A stretch of DNA of 64,000 nucleotides from Fimicolochytrium jonesii (Eukaryota). Positions within the stretch are counted from its first letter, which is position 1. Each line of letters starts with the position of its first letter. The stretch is taken from the NCBI RefSeq assembly GCF_025526975.1, contig NW_026515702.1, positions 124,001-188,000 on the forward strand, read 5' to 3'. A program made the translations under genes and the position numbers. Below the pieces are notes generated by a model. It worked only from the letters and a program-made list of their open reading frames with translations. It did not search any database and was not told the DNA's origin. Below are positions 49,754 through 61,745 of this stretch, piece after piece.

Positions 49754-49959
49754 AGTAGGGGACCGAGAATGAGTTTCGGGATGCGGCTGCATGCGCGATG
49801 AAACGCAAGAGAAGTCCTTGAGAGACATGGCGGAGCGGGTGAAAACACATGCGACGTTGTGATGAGCATCATGATCACGGGGAAGGTTTGAGTTTAGGCA
49901 TTTCGTAGAGCGATTGGAGGTCCTCACGAAGGGACGAAGGGAGCGCCGAGTGTGATTAC

Positions 49960-51265
49960 CTACAGCTCCGGCGCTACGGCGAGCCTCATATACGGCGTAG
50001 GTTGAGTGGAGCGGAGAGAAGGAGTATGGGCTGTTGCTAACCATTCAATAGCATTTTCAATGCGTATTCGATTTAAATGTTTATTAAGCTCAATAGCTGC
50101 CACGAGAAACTGAAGTGAGGGATGCGAAGCGGTGGAGGGTGGAGGAGAAACCCCGGGATGCGAACGGAGGGTGGGTGTCAAGGAATAGTTATGAGCTAGG
50201 AGTCGTTGATTTGGGATTCGCAGCCTCTGTTTCACAACATGGTAGATTTTCGTCAATCTTTTCCCCATGGTTGATTCTTTCCCCCACGGCCGATTCTCGT
50301 CAATCGAATAATCCAAGTCCGTCATCGTCGTCGTTGGCTCACTGCAATAAAAGACTAGTCATATTCGGAAGGAAACAGCTGACGGCATCGATATCCTTTT
50401 ACTTCATCCGTTGCTTCACCCGGCGTGGCATCAGGTATCACATCGCTAACTGCATACACTTTGCTGTCCTCTTCAACAAACATATGTCCGCGATGCCAAC
50501 CATGGGGCCATTACGTCCAAACTCCTTGTCCCGGCCTCCCTCCGCCCTCGGAGAGTCCGGCGCAATCATGATCGACAACATCAGTGTCGATGATGAGTTC
50601 GTAGTTGAACTGTTTTGGCTCGCTTTCAGCCATCAGCGGATCGTAGGTAGAGTAGTCAACCCATTCGGGGTTGCTGTTGGCCTCCACATGCGGATGTGCT
50701 TTAATTTCGACACGGTAGGTGTCTGGCTTCGTTCGCATCATTTTGGTGTTTTCAGAGTTGTTGTGAGCTTTGCACAAGGGTACTATGTAATGAGGAGGCA
50801 TGCAGGGGCTTGACGCCGTTCACCTCTTACTTCTCGCGAAATGATACTGCTATGTGATAAAGTCGCGCATCTGGTCCACCGTTGATTCGAATGAAGCCGA
50901 ACAGCGGGGTATCCGGGTCCCAGTCCAAGCGCTTTTCGGCATACAGGGCGTGCGTCCCCTTCGCCAGCTTGATGCTCCTCAGAATATCCGGTGCGATATT
51001 TGCGGTGCCCACCCTGATGAATGGAACGATGCTCGTAGCTCAGCATCATTACAATGCGACCATATGAAGATGAAAACACGCGGCGATCAATCGCTGGCCA
51101 AATATCACGTCTGCTGGATGGTACGGATGGTGTTGAGGGGACGTCGAACACGGTTGTGGTCTGTCTGGGTCCATGACCTTGTTCGTAGGTTCCCTTTAGC
51201 ATGAGAGAGCATTTGGGTACGTGCCCTGGGCGACTCACTTGAATCACCAGATTCAAAAATGGCAA
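49960..51265 (-). pseudogene. Decayed orphan gene immediately upstream of tRNA-Ala, with a possible His-Me finger motif
   Basis: Successive broken minus-strand ORFs; HYIVPLCKAHNN at about 50757-50792. Confidence 0.35.
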
Positions 51266-51301
51266 GATTATATAACAACAAAAAGACCCCGAAATAAGAA
51301 C

Positions 51302-51374
51302 GGGGAATTAGCTCAAATGGCAGAGCGCTCGCTTAGCATGCGAGAGGCAGGGGGATCGATACCCCCATTCTCCA
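51302..51374 (+). tRNA. tRNA-Ala (AGC)
   Basis: GGGGAATTAGCTCAAATGGCAGAGCG-CTCGC-TTAGCAT-GCGAG-AGGCAGGGGGATCGATACCCCCATTCTCCA folds as a cloverleaf. Confidence 0.95.
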
Positions 51375-51897
51375 ATTCTATTTTGTATTCGGCTCTTGTC
51401 CTGTTGCATTTATGGTTGCTTTTTGCGTTTTGTGTGTTTGGTATACTACTTCGCGCCGCGTCTTTAGGGCCTTGCAACGCGCAAAATCGGTGAGGTTTTG
51501 GCGCTGTACCGACCATGGGCAAGACGGATTCTGGAATGCCATCGACTCATCACTTCCTGTTTCGGCAGTCGCTCCGTGCGAGATGGGGATGGAAGTCCTT
51601 CGTAGGTTCTTGTTTAGAGGGAGAGCGGACCGTCCAAACCGGAATTCGACAGCGCGTGAAAGTCGGTCATTTTTGATTCCTCCTTACAGCACGCAGATGG
51701 ACCGACATAAAGCCGCTAGCCGCTACAAGTAATGGAAGTATATGCATCGAGAGTGAATCTGAAGTCGGGTTTGCCACTATATACGTAGAAAGGGTGAACG
51801 TCCGCACCCTACGCCGTGGAAGAGACTCCAGCGCGCCCTGATTCCGCCTCCAGAAAAGAGACTCTAGATCCGTGGGCTGTTATTGGCTGTAACTAAC

Positions 51898-52448
51898 GCA
51901 TGTAACCCTAAGTGTAAGTCATTTCGGCGGAATTGCGAGCAAAGCCTTGCCCGCGCCGAAGCTGTGATTGCATATAACCCTAAGCAATAGCAGGGTAGTC
52001 CGCTCTTGCTCTCTCTCCCCCTCATCCCCTAGGTGCATACGCCATATGCGCGAAAGGGCTGCTGACAGTGGTAGCATATGCCATTTGCACGAACCATCTG
52101 GGCAGGGTATAGATAACTCTCTCTCTCTCCCTCGTCCCCTGGATGCATGCGCCATATGCGCGAAACCATCTGAGGAGGGTACCTCATCTCCTCACCTCCC
52201 TGCTGCTCACTACCTCCCTGATTTGTGATGTGGTCGAGGTCAGATTGCCCACTCCAGCACAGCCGAAATCAGTACAGGTGTTGGAGTGCGGTGATTCCCG
52301 AGATAGCTGTGTGTCAAAAAACTCCCGTCAGTGCTGCGGTAGTGAAGCTTAGAGCGGTGAGGGATTGCGGTTGTTACCTGGTGGTGGTCGGCAAAAGGAT
52401 GTACTGATGCGCTGAAGCTGAGAACGGTGAGGGATTGCGCTTGTTACC
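51898..52448. repeat. Cluster of short direct duplications, including two TAACCCTAAG motifs
   Basis: GCATRTAACCCTAAG at about 51898 and 51970. A roughly 65-bp pair ending GCCATATGCGCGAAA at about 51990-52055 and 52101-52165. CGGTGAGGGATTGCGSTTGTTACC at about 52355 and 52425. Confidence 0.8.
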
Positions 52449-53273
52449 ACTCCCTACCCCAAGATCCGACACTCAACAAGCCTGCCTCTGCACCCGTGTC
52501 CACCCGCTATTCCGAAAGCCTTTCTCTGTCTGATTGAGAAATGCCCGGAGGATGCAGACCCGGCCCCACTATCACGATACACCTGGGGGCGGACGCTTCT
52601 GGCTTCGACCCGCTCGACCACTCCGCCCGTTCCGAAATGGGCATGAAGAACCAAGTTGCTCGAAAATGAACACGTATCGGATGGCCGAGCACTTCGGTGG
52701 GTGGGTGCCTGAAATGCTTCTATGCTCGGTGGAATGATATGAGTAGAGTTAGTCGATTGATCTCCCTGCAACGAGTGCCGCGATGGATGCTTTCCCCCCG
52801 CTTCGTTTCTAGTCCGAGTCCGAGTGTAACAGCAACGTCAAGCGTTTTTCATCGCTCTCCCAGTGCACACGCACATCCCACCCAAATGTAAGCCTTCCGT
52901 CTTCTCAGTTCCAAACCAAAGCGCAACCCGTGTGGATGCCATTATATGATGATTGTGTGTATATATGTATGTATATGTGCCCCCAAAAAAAGAAGTGTTC
53001 CAAAAATCTAGCTCCCTCCCCCTTACACACTCCAAAAATGTGTTCCCAAAAATGTTCGTACCCCCTCCCCCCCCCCCAAACCCCCACCCCCACCCCAAAA
53101 CAGGGAGACACAAGACGGCTTCTTCGCTGCTGTTTGTCCACCCCCCTTCATCCACTCTCGATGGGACGTTGTTCGATAAACGATCCGGGAAATGTGGGTG
53201 TTCGAAGCAGTCCAACCGAGAAACGAAGGGGCATACACATCCCACCGCCCGACTCCCTCCACCCGGCAGCGGA

Positions 53274-56200
53274 TCACCCAATAACGGCTCGTTTTGTCGG
53301 GGAGCGCGATGGCGGTTGCGGCGGCAGCGGGGACGCGACGAGTCCTATTTCATTTGTGGCCAAGCCCGGGGCGTAAGTACCCCACAGCTTGCAACCCAAA
53401 CACAATCACGTAAAAAGACAAAACACCTACCACAACCCTCCACACTCCTCCTCTTCACCTTAGGTCCCGCTTGGGCCCCAGCCCTCGATGTCCTTCCCCC
53501 AGCACTCTGGCCACTCTCGTCATCCCCCTCCCCAAACACCTCCCTCACCACGCCGCCCCGTCCCCCCGCCTTCTCCCACCTCTCCACACACCTCTCGGCT
53601 CCCACACAGCCCCTCAACGCCGCAACACATCTCCGCCCCTGCTCCCTAACCGCCTTCATCCCCTCCCTGCAGAACGCGGCGGCGACACCCACCAACCTCG
53701 GCCCCTCGCGATGGGTCAGTATGAATTTGCCGATTGCGGGCGCGGGGAGGGACGCGGTGAGCACGTGGGCCAGACACCGAGCGACACGCAGCCGCACATG
53801 AGCGTTCTTATGCGCGGTGAACGTCAGCAGATGCAGAAGGAGTTTGAGCGGGGCCGGGTGCGTGTGTGTGAACTGGTGCAGGCAGGCGTCGAGCGACGGG
53901 GTGAGGAAGGTCGACGCGGTGCCCTGTTCCGCCGTCTTCTTCAGCAGCGTGGTCAGGATCGCGGGCGTGTGCGGGTCGAGGTGTTTCAGCAGTGTCGTTG
54001 GACATGGGGGGCCTGAGAGGGAGGCGGGGATCGGCAGCGCCAGGGCGACGATGAGATCGGTGAGCGCTGCGATCCCGGCTTTGGCGACGCTGGAACGGAG
54101 GTTGTGGATCGCGGTCGTGATGGCGAGGACGAGTTCGCCCAGCGTCGGCACGCCCCCTCCGCCGCCGGTACCGACACTGGTGGCGACCACCAACGCCCTC
54201 GCCTTTGCATCCCACTGCTGGGCCGCGAATAGCTTCGCAAGACACTCCATCGCCTCGACTTTGACCTCCCAGTCCGGGTGCGAGCGCAGCTGCTGGACTG
54301 CAAACGCGTAGTCGTGCTCGGAGATGGTGGGGTGGGCCGGTGGGGCGCGGACGGGGGCCGAGTTGTGGACATGGGGTGTTGTCGCGGAACTATCGACGGA
54401 CGTCTTTTTGAGAGGTGAGGATGCCGCCCTTGCTGTCCGGTCGGCGACGACAGCAGCCGCGAAACTGGCGTCGAAGGTGTCCACATCGTCCTGCTCGTCG
54501 GCGGCGACCTCACCCACATCACGGTCTTGCTTATCGCCCATCGCAAACACCACCTCGGCCGCAGGGCTCACCACCGCCGCCTCACCAGCGTCCTCCCCGT
54601 TCCGTCCCCGGCTCTTGACACTCCCCTCACTCCCCTTCCGCCGTGTTTCCATCCCCGCCCCCGCGGCCCGGCGTACAATCCCCACCGCTTCGTCCAGCTG
54701 GATCGTGCATACCGAATCTGCTCGGGCCGGAGTATCTGTCCGGGACGGCGTGCGCTGTACACGTGTGAAGTGGTCCCCGTCTCCCATATCGCCCCCCGCC
54801 TGCTGCTGCAGTAGCCGCCCCGGCGACCTCTGCTTAATGTACCTCAACGCCCCCGGCGGCGGGGTAGTAGTCGTCGTCACGCTATCCGCACTCCTCTGCA
54901 TCTGCTGTTGTTGCAGTCGCACATCCTCCCCCGCGTCAACAGGCGTAAACCCCCTCCCCTTCCGCGGCGACATCTTCCTGCTCCCGCGCGGGGGTATCAT
55001 CCCCTCGCTCGCCCACGACAACAGCGGGGAATGGATCTGGATCGCGTCCGGTGTCGGGGTCGGGGACTCCCTCATCCGGGGGTTATCCCGACCGTCCCGA
55101 TCGTGAAGCACCGCTGCAGCTCCACCAGACTCGCTAAAACTCCTAACCCGCCCCCACGTATCGGGGTCCCCGTCCAGCACATGCATCACGCCGGCCCCGC
55201 TGCCGTGGTACGAGTTGCGCATATGCATCGACCTCGGTCTGTCCCATTCACGGACGGCGGTGGTGGGGGTGGTGGTGGTGGTCTGGTCTCTCTCCCCCCC
55301 GCGCCCGCACTCCCACGGCATGCGCCCGACACTCCCCGCCGAGCTCCTCACGACGCTGTTCCTGCTCGCCGTGCGGGTATTCGAGCCGGTATGGCTGTTG
55401 TCGGCGGCGGGGATGAGTTCCGATTGGGACGCGGCGGACAACGCGCGGTCGAGGTCCGGTTGTGCATCGCGATGTGTGGATGACCCCGAGACCCGTCGCG
55501 CGGCGGATGAGTGTGATACCGATGTGGACGGGACGGGCGTGACGGTGGCGCTGCGGCCCGTGCTGGAGCTGTACGCGTGCTCGACCCAGCCGTCGGGGCC
55601 GAGGCGGGGTAGATCCCACGCCTCCGATATCCCGGCGCGCAACACATCTCGGACCTCCCCAGGGATGTTCTCCAATGTCCCCAGCACGACATCAGGGGAT
55701 GTGTAATACGAGACCAGGGCAAGACACTCCCCGACCGCCATCCGCACCTTCACCTTCCCGTCCGCGAGATACCGCCCAAGAGACGTGACCAGACCCGTCC
55801 AATCCCACTCTCCCCCACCCCGCGGCGGGAAATGCAGCAGCGCGGTCATGACGAGGTTCACGAGCTCCTCGCGCATCTTCGGGTTCGTCGTCGCCGCTTT
55901 CGAGGGGAGATGCGTATGTAGGATACCATCCACGGTTTCGCGGGCGACCGTACCGCTTGACGATGTGAGGAGGATCCGCACCCACACCCGCGCGACCTGG
56001 ACCCTTACAGCGCCCTTGGAGTCGCCGGCGCGGGCGACGAGGAGGGATGTGATTGCGGTTGCCATGTCTGTGGTTTCGGTTGACGGGGTGGTGGTTGGTT
56101 GCGAGAAAGGGAAGATCACACCCCCGAAGGCAGCGACGACCTCGCCCACGGCCTGCAAGGCGACCATGACGATTTTGAAGTTGGTGTCGAGGCTGAGGGT

Positions 56201-57400
56201 TGCGAGGAAGGTTATGAAGGGTGGGAGATCGATGGTTGTAGTTGGTTGTTGTGATTGTTGATGGGCCGATAAAGTGGATGTGAGAGAGGCGAGGAGGGTG
56301 TCGGCGGCGTGCGAGCGGGTGCGCCAGTCGGCTGTTGGGGAGAGGAGGAGCGGGGGGAGGGTTGGCGGGAGGAAGCCGAATGCGAGTGGGGATGCTGTGG
56401 ATGGGGTTGGGTTCTTTGCTGCGGGGGGGTGTTGAGTGGATGATGGGAGGGTGGGTTTAGCGGATTGGGGCGGGGAGGGGAGTGTGCGGGTCGGCGTTGA
56501 AGTATTGTTGATCGCCGTTCCGTTTGCATTTGCATCCACCTCCTTCGAAAATTTGCGTTCAATCGTGCCGACCGTCCAGTTCCCACCACTGACATCGCTC
56601 AACGACCTGCCACCCAGAATCCTGCTCTCAAATTTCCGAAACACGACTCGGGTCAACCCCGGGAGCATCATGACCGTGCGGGCCATCTCTTCCTCGCCAC
56701 AGAGGGTGCAGATGTGTTTGAGGGCGGCGAGGGCGGCTTTAACGACGACTTCGACGCCGTCTTGGAGGCGGAGGGTGAGGGTTGCGACGAGAGGGAGGTA
56801 TTTGATTTGTTTGCGTGTCCTCCTCTCATCGTGGGTATTCACATTCTCCCGGACAATCTCCACGTCCCCCGGTTTACGATCCCCCAACAGCACAACAAGC
56901 GCCGCAGCACTCTCCCTCCTCGTCCGCCACTCCTCGCTCTCCAACCCATGATGTATCAGCGCATCAAAGAACGGGGTCGGGTCCGACGCGTGCGTCTGAT
57001 ACAGCTGCAATACTTTGAGGGCCTGACGCCGGGCGGCGAGTTTTGTGTCGCCGAGGGTGGTGATGAGGGTCGGGAGGAGGGCGAGCTCGATGGTGTCTTC
57101 CTGCGCGGTGGGGAGGTGGGTGGGGAGGAAGGCAGCGAGGAAGCGGGCGGCTTGGAGGGCGACATGGGTGTCGCGGTCGGCGAGGGAGGTGGCGATGGGG
57201 GGAAGGAGGGTGTCGATGGTGCTGCGGTTGTGCCAGCGGGAGGGGGAGGAGGGATGCGGCGATGGGTTGGATGAATCTGATGCCGGAATCGTCGTTGCTG
57301 GGGGTGCTATTGGGAGCTCTGAGAACAGACTCTCCAGAGCGCTGAGTCGGACGAACGGGAGCTCGCTGATGAGCGATAGCGCGAGGTCGCCGGTATCCAT
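53274..57400 (-). CDS. TOG-array microtubule regulator, TOGARAM/Crescerin (FAM179/CHE-12)-like; probable short last exon 53274-53344
   Basis: HEAT/TOG blocks LGDTKLAARR, WRTRRES, FGFLP...DWRTR, LDTNFKI, AGDSKGAVR, NPKMREELVN...ALLHFP. C-terminal DWEVKVEAM...NLRSSVAK. Long low-complexity linker between TOG sets. Confidence 0.8.
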
Positions 57401-57961
57401 GGCTGCAAAAGTAGCCGGTTATCCTCCTGTCAACGAAGGCCCCCACCCCGTATATCCTGGCCTATGCCCCTCTTCCGCTTCCTATCGCCCCGATTTCCTT
57501 CGGCGTTCGTCTCGCCCGTCAAATGACACCTGCCGCCACCCAAAGGCCCTTCACTCGCTTGGGTACCGTCGGCGGCTTTCCAACGGAGCAACTCAGATTC
57601 TCTGACACCTTTCAGCTGACGACCGGTGGGTTGGGCTGTTCCCACTGCCCAGTATGGATGGCAGGCGATGCGCGAATGCTTTAACCCCGAAGCACGCGTA
57701 CAGTACTATGTATCCTGGGTACAGACGCTGGAGACACCAGATGACAACTACAGGGGTGGATGTGGATGTCACACCCACAGCAGCGGCAGCGTGTGGGGGG
57801 GCCAACGAGTGGTAGAGTCTCTTCCTCGACCGTCGTTTTGTGTTCCCGTGCCCGTCGGTCGCTGTTTTTCACACTCCCTATCTATTAGTGAGGGGTATCT
57901 GGACCGGGGGTTATGGATGTTGACGGATATGAAGTGGAAGTCGGGCGAATGAGTGGATGGA

Positions 57962-58000
57962 TGAGAGAGAGACCGAGAGAGAGAGACAGAGAGAGAGAGA
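57962..58000. repeat. (GA)n microsatellite, imperfect
   Basis: GAGAGAGAGACCGAGAGAGAGAGACAGAGAGAGAGAGA. Confidence 0.85.
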
Positions 58001-60369
58001 GGGGGGGCCAGGAGGGAGGAAGGGCCTTTCCTGTAGGGAGGGGATAACAAGAGCCGAAGGTGCGAATCGACCAGCGAGCGATGCCCCCCTTCCCTTCCGA
58101 CGCGTCCTCCCTTCAACCGCTATGATAGTCGTCTCGGGCCTGCACCCAGTTGCTCCCGTCTCTCGGCCGCGACACAACAGACCTACCTAGACACCGACCG
58201 GAAAAAAGGTCTTGGACAGAGTACAGACTCAGGGGGGATACTTAGTCCGAAGGATAGTCCGATTCCCGCCAAGTATCCAGACAGCGCCGGTTGCCCAGTA
58301 CGCCGAGAGGCCATGGATCCCTTTAAAGCCAGCGTGGCGGCCGCCCTGTCAGGTTGAACTCCATAATTTCTTCGGGTCCGCGAGCTTCTCCCGTGTACAC
58401 ACGGCCATTGGTGGTTGTACACGGCGCTTACCGTGGAGTTTCTTGCACTCGTCACAGTCAGGGTCATAGCCCCCCACGGAACTGGTTTAGGCCCGCATTC
58501 CGAACAGTCTAACCACATGCAGTGTCGGTCGCCGGTGTATGTACTGTGACCTGTTGCGGAAAGAAGAGTTTTACCATGGATCATTGACTGCAGCATTTTT
58601 GGATTCTTCGGCGATACTGCCGAGACGGGAAGCGCTACGCACGGGATACTGGAGTTTGATCTTGTCGTAATCTGACTGTTTTTTCCTTGTCGCCAATTGT
58701 GAGACTGCGGCCGCTACGGCATACTGCCATGGAAGGCGGAACTCTGTGTCTGATGTCGTGGGCTAATGCGGGTTTAATGTGGTTCAAACCCACCGACGAT
58801 GCGGCTGTACATTGTTTGTAGATTTTCTTTTTGTACGTAATGGAAGACTTTACTAGATCATCCATTCTTCAGCCTTATCCGCTCGATATGTTCGTGGACA
58901 ATGGAGGATGCGCTTGTCCATTTCACCAAGGATCAGGTTAACCGGATATGGTTCCGGAGGTGCGAATCGCGATCAATGCTGGCGCCTGACTCTGCTGGGG
59001 TGTGTGTGCCCGAGAGGGAACGAACGAAAGGGGAGGTTTGGATGATGCGTGACGGAGCAGAAGGGACGGAATAGAATAGAACATCGCGGTGGTGAGATTT
59101 GGGAGACGAACGACAAGGCCAAATGGAGTCTGTCAAGGCCCGGGCCCAGAATTTGCCGGTGAGGGCTTGTTGACCGGAGTGTTGGGAAGGTTGAACTTCC
59201 TTACAGCTGTGGCATTGCCGTCTTGGAGGTGGGATGTCTTTTGGCTTTTGTCCGGAGAGACCCACGATATGGGCGACATGGTATTATTGATTGAACCCGT
59301 GGGCAGTCGGGGATGTAACTGAAAAACACACCTGGGGGCCTGCGGATACCGGCGACAATGTACCCCGAAGGCCGGCGCTGAAGCCTAAGTTCGAGTTTGG
59401 GATTTGAAATCGTTGGCTTTGACCGTGAAGTTCTGGAGAACTATCGCCGTTTCATGCTGTTGGACTCTGGCTAATTCCTTCGGAGCCGCGGAGGCCCCCG
59501 GTGTCTCCCTTCCATTTGCCCAATTTTCTGCGACGGGAGACAGTCACATTTTCTCGAGCCCGCGCAACAGAACATCCAAATTGGATATTGAATCATCGTT
59601 GGAATGTCTCCGTTCCTCCGGACGGACCCTAACGATATCTGGTCGTTCTTGTATTTTTTCAGACGGAGCCGCATTGTTTCGAGCATGGCCCGTTAGAGCT
59701 GGCCAGTCACGGTGATGTGAGAGTGCAGCCGCTCTTCCACCATAAACACCCCCCAGTCCGCCCAAGGCCCGTAGTGGGCATCGGCTGTGCGATCCTGTAT
59801 TACGCATAAGACTGCACAGGCTGTACGGTATATGACACGCGCCCACCGCAACCGTGACGGACACGGACGTCGTCGCATCATCATTGAATTGGATTCTGAT
59901 AGGTGTGTGCGCGACGTAAAAGAAAGCTTGGAACATCCATGTCGGAGTGAAGCCGGAAGATCTGAAAAATTGGAGTGTGGGGCCACGGGGCCATATTGCC
60001 TGGGAGGACGACGGTCTTGCTGCTGTGTTGTTGCCGGCGCTCCACCGCCCGCGGGTCTGATGTGGCTACGTGGTAAACACCCTTCACCAACATCGAGAAG
60101 CTTCAGTCGCGGCGCCGTCCGACGGGCCATTCTCGTCGTTGGCAAACCGAGAGAGGCTGCCAAGGGTTCGCCGTATTTGAGATGCGCAGAGAGCATGAAT
60201 ACAGGAGTGAACCCCACACACAATGGCCCCGGCAAGTTTCAATTCTTTCGAACCTCACGCCCGTAGATGCAAAATACTGTAGGTATAGGTTGAAAAGGAA
60301 GGCAAAAACAAGGACTTCGACGCGTAAACGCCCTCCACCCGCCTGCGGACACCCCAATTCCCTCAATTC

Positions 60370-61499
60370 TCATGTCACAAACATCAACCATCCCAGCACA
60401 TTCCGGCCCGGCTCGCGCCTTCTACACAGTGCGAACCAGCAGAATTCGCCCATCCATCCCCCATGTTCCTCATAATCCGCAAAGTTATCTCCCGTCTCTC
60501 CTCGTCCCATTTGAATCGTAATCAGCTCTGCAAAGTCCTCGCGCTTGAGCGCCTGGTAGAGTTCCTTGCCCCTCCGCTCACGCTCCTCGTCTACAAATAG
60601 CTCGTGTTTGTCTTGGTAGTCTGAGTCGAAGCTTGACTCTGAGCCTCGATCGTCCCAGCTGATGTCAGGGTCGTGGTAGCGAGAAAGGATGTGCCATATC
60701 CAGGTGACGCCCACTTCATCTGCTAGTGGGATACGTTGGATGTCATAGTATTCTCGAAGGTATTTCGGAACCCGCAGGCGAGAAAGAAGAGTTTTGAGAG
60801 AATGGCGTTGTTTTCAGTGGAGACCGGGAGCTCATCCATTTCGGGAACGGGCGAGATGATCAACGGTAGTGCATCAGCACCACTGTCTCTTGATTGCCAT
60901 CCTCTCACGTCCGTTGGGCAATCCTGGTACGTGCAGATGAAATGGGGGCTCCTTGACAAGAAAGTCGAGGTCCGCAGTAAGTTTGAGCCACTGAGCCTCG
61001 TCCTTTGGTGCATGTTCGAAGGCCGGCTGAGGCACGTCCGAGCAGTCAAGACGACGTCGTTCCATTTCGCGAAGAAACCCAAACTCGGAAATCAAGAAGG
61101 CGATGCGTAGCTTGCGAAATGTCGTGTAGGCGTTGATATCCATCGGTTCGACGCTGCCCGTTATCCCTTCGTGAGACCGTTTCCATATACCTGTTTTCCT
61201 CCCCGTATCATGTCGTCGGCTATTTGGAAGTTGTACTTGACGAAAAGCAGGTCTCTCGCGCTGAATGCTGATCGGCTCCATAGCTTGCATAATAGACGGC
61301 AGTTGAGGAGGTCTTTCGGCGAGGTGACGGCAACGCTTAACAAGATGCGATGTAGCAGTTCGGGTGGCAGAGCTTTCCACGGCGGGAAGGATGAGGTCGT
61401 CATTGGGTCCGAAGGGGTGCTGACGGTAGTGACTGCAAAAGGTGAACTGCCGCGCGGGATGAGGCGCCCACTGGGGCCTTTTGCGAACGTTTCCGACAT
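60370..61499 (-). pseudogene. F-box protein, frame-disrupted
   Basis: F-box motif LPPELLHRILL...KDLLNCRLLCKLW. The downstream coding-like sequence is split over several frames. Confidence 0.65.
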
Positions 61500-61745
61500 T
61501 CACACGACATTCACCTGAAGCGGTTCAGGAAGCGGTTGCCTCTTCAACGTCCTCCCACAGACAGCTTCCCGCAGTGGTTAAGGCCAGCATCCTTTCTGCC
61601 GGGGCCCACTCCCAACAGCATCGCACTCATACTACAACCAGCGGCCTTCCGCATAGGCCGGTGACACTTGCTTGCCACAAGTCAGCCTCAACAGACGGAC
61701 ATCACACACTTCCATTGCATCCCCTACGTCAGTCCACAGTCCACA

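Noticed and set aside
50115..50813. 232-aa plus-strand ORF
   Set aside because: It reads as the antisense shadow of the more protein-like minus-strand relic.
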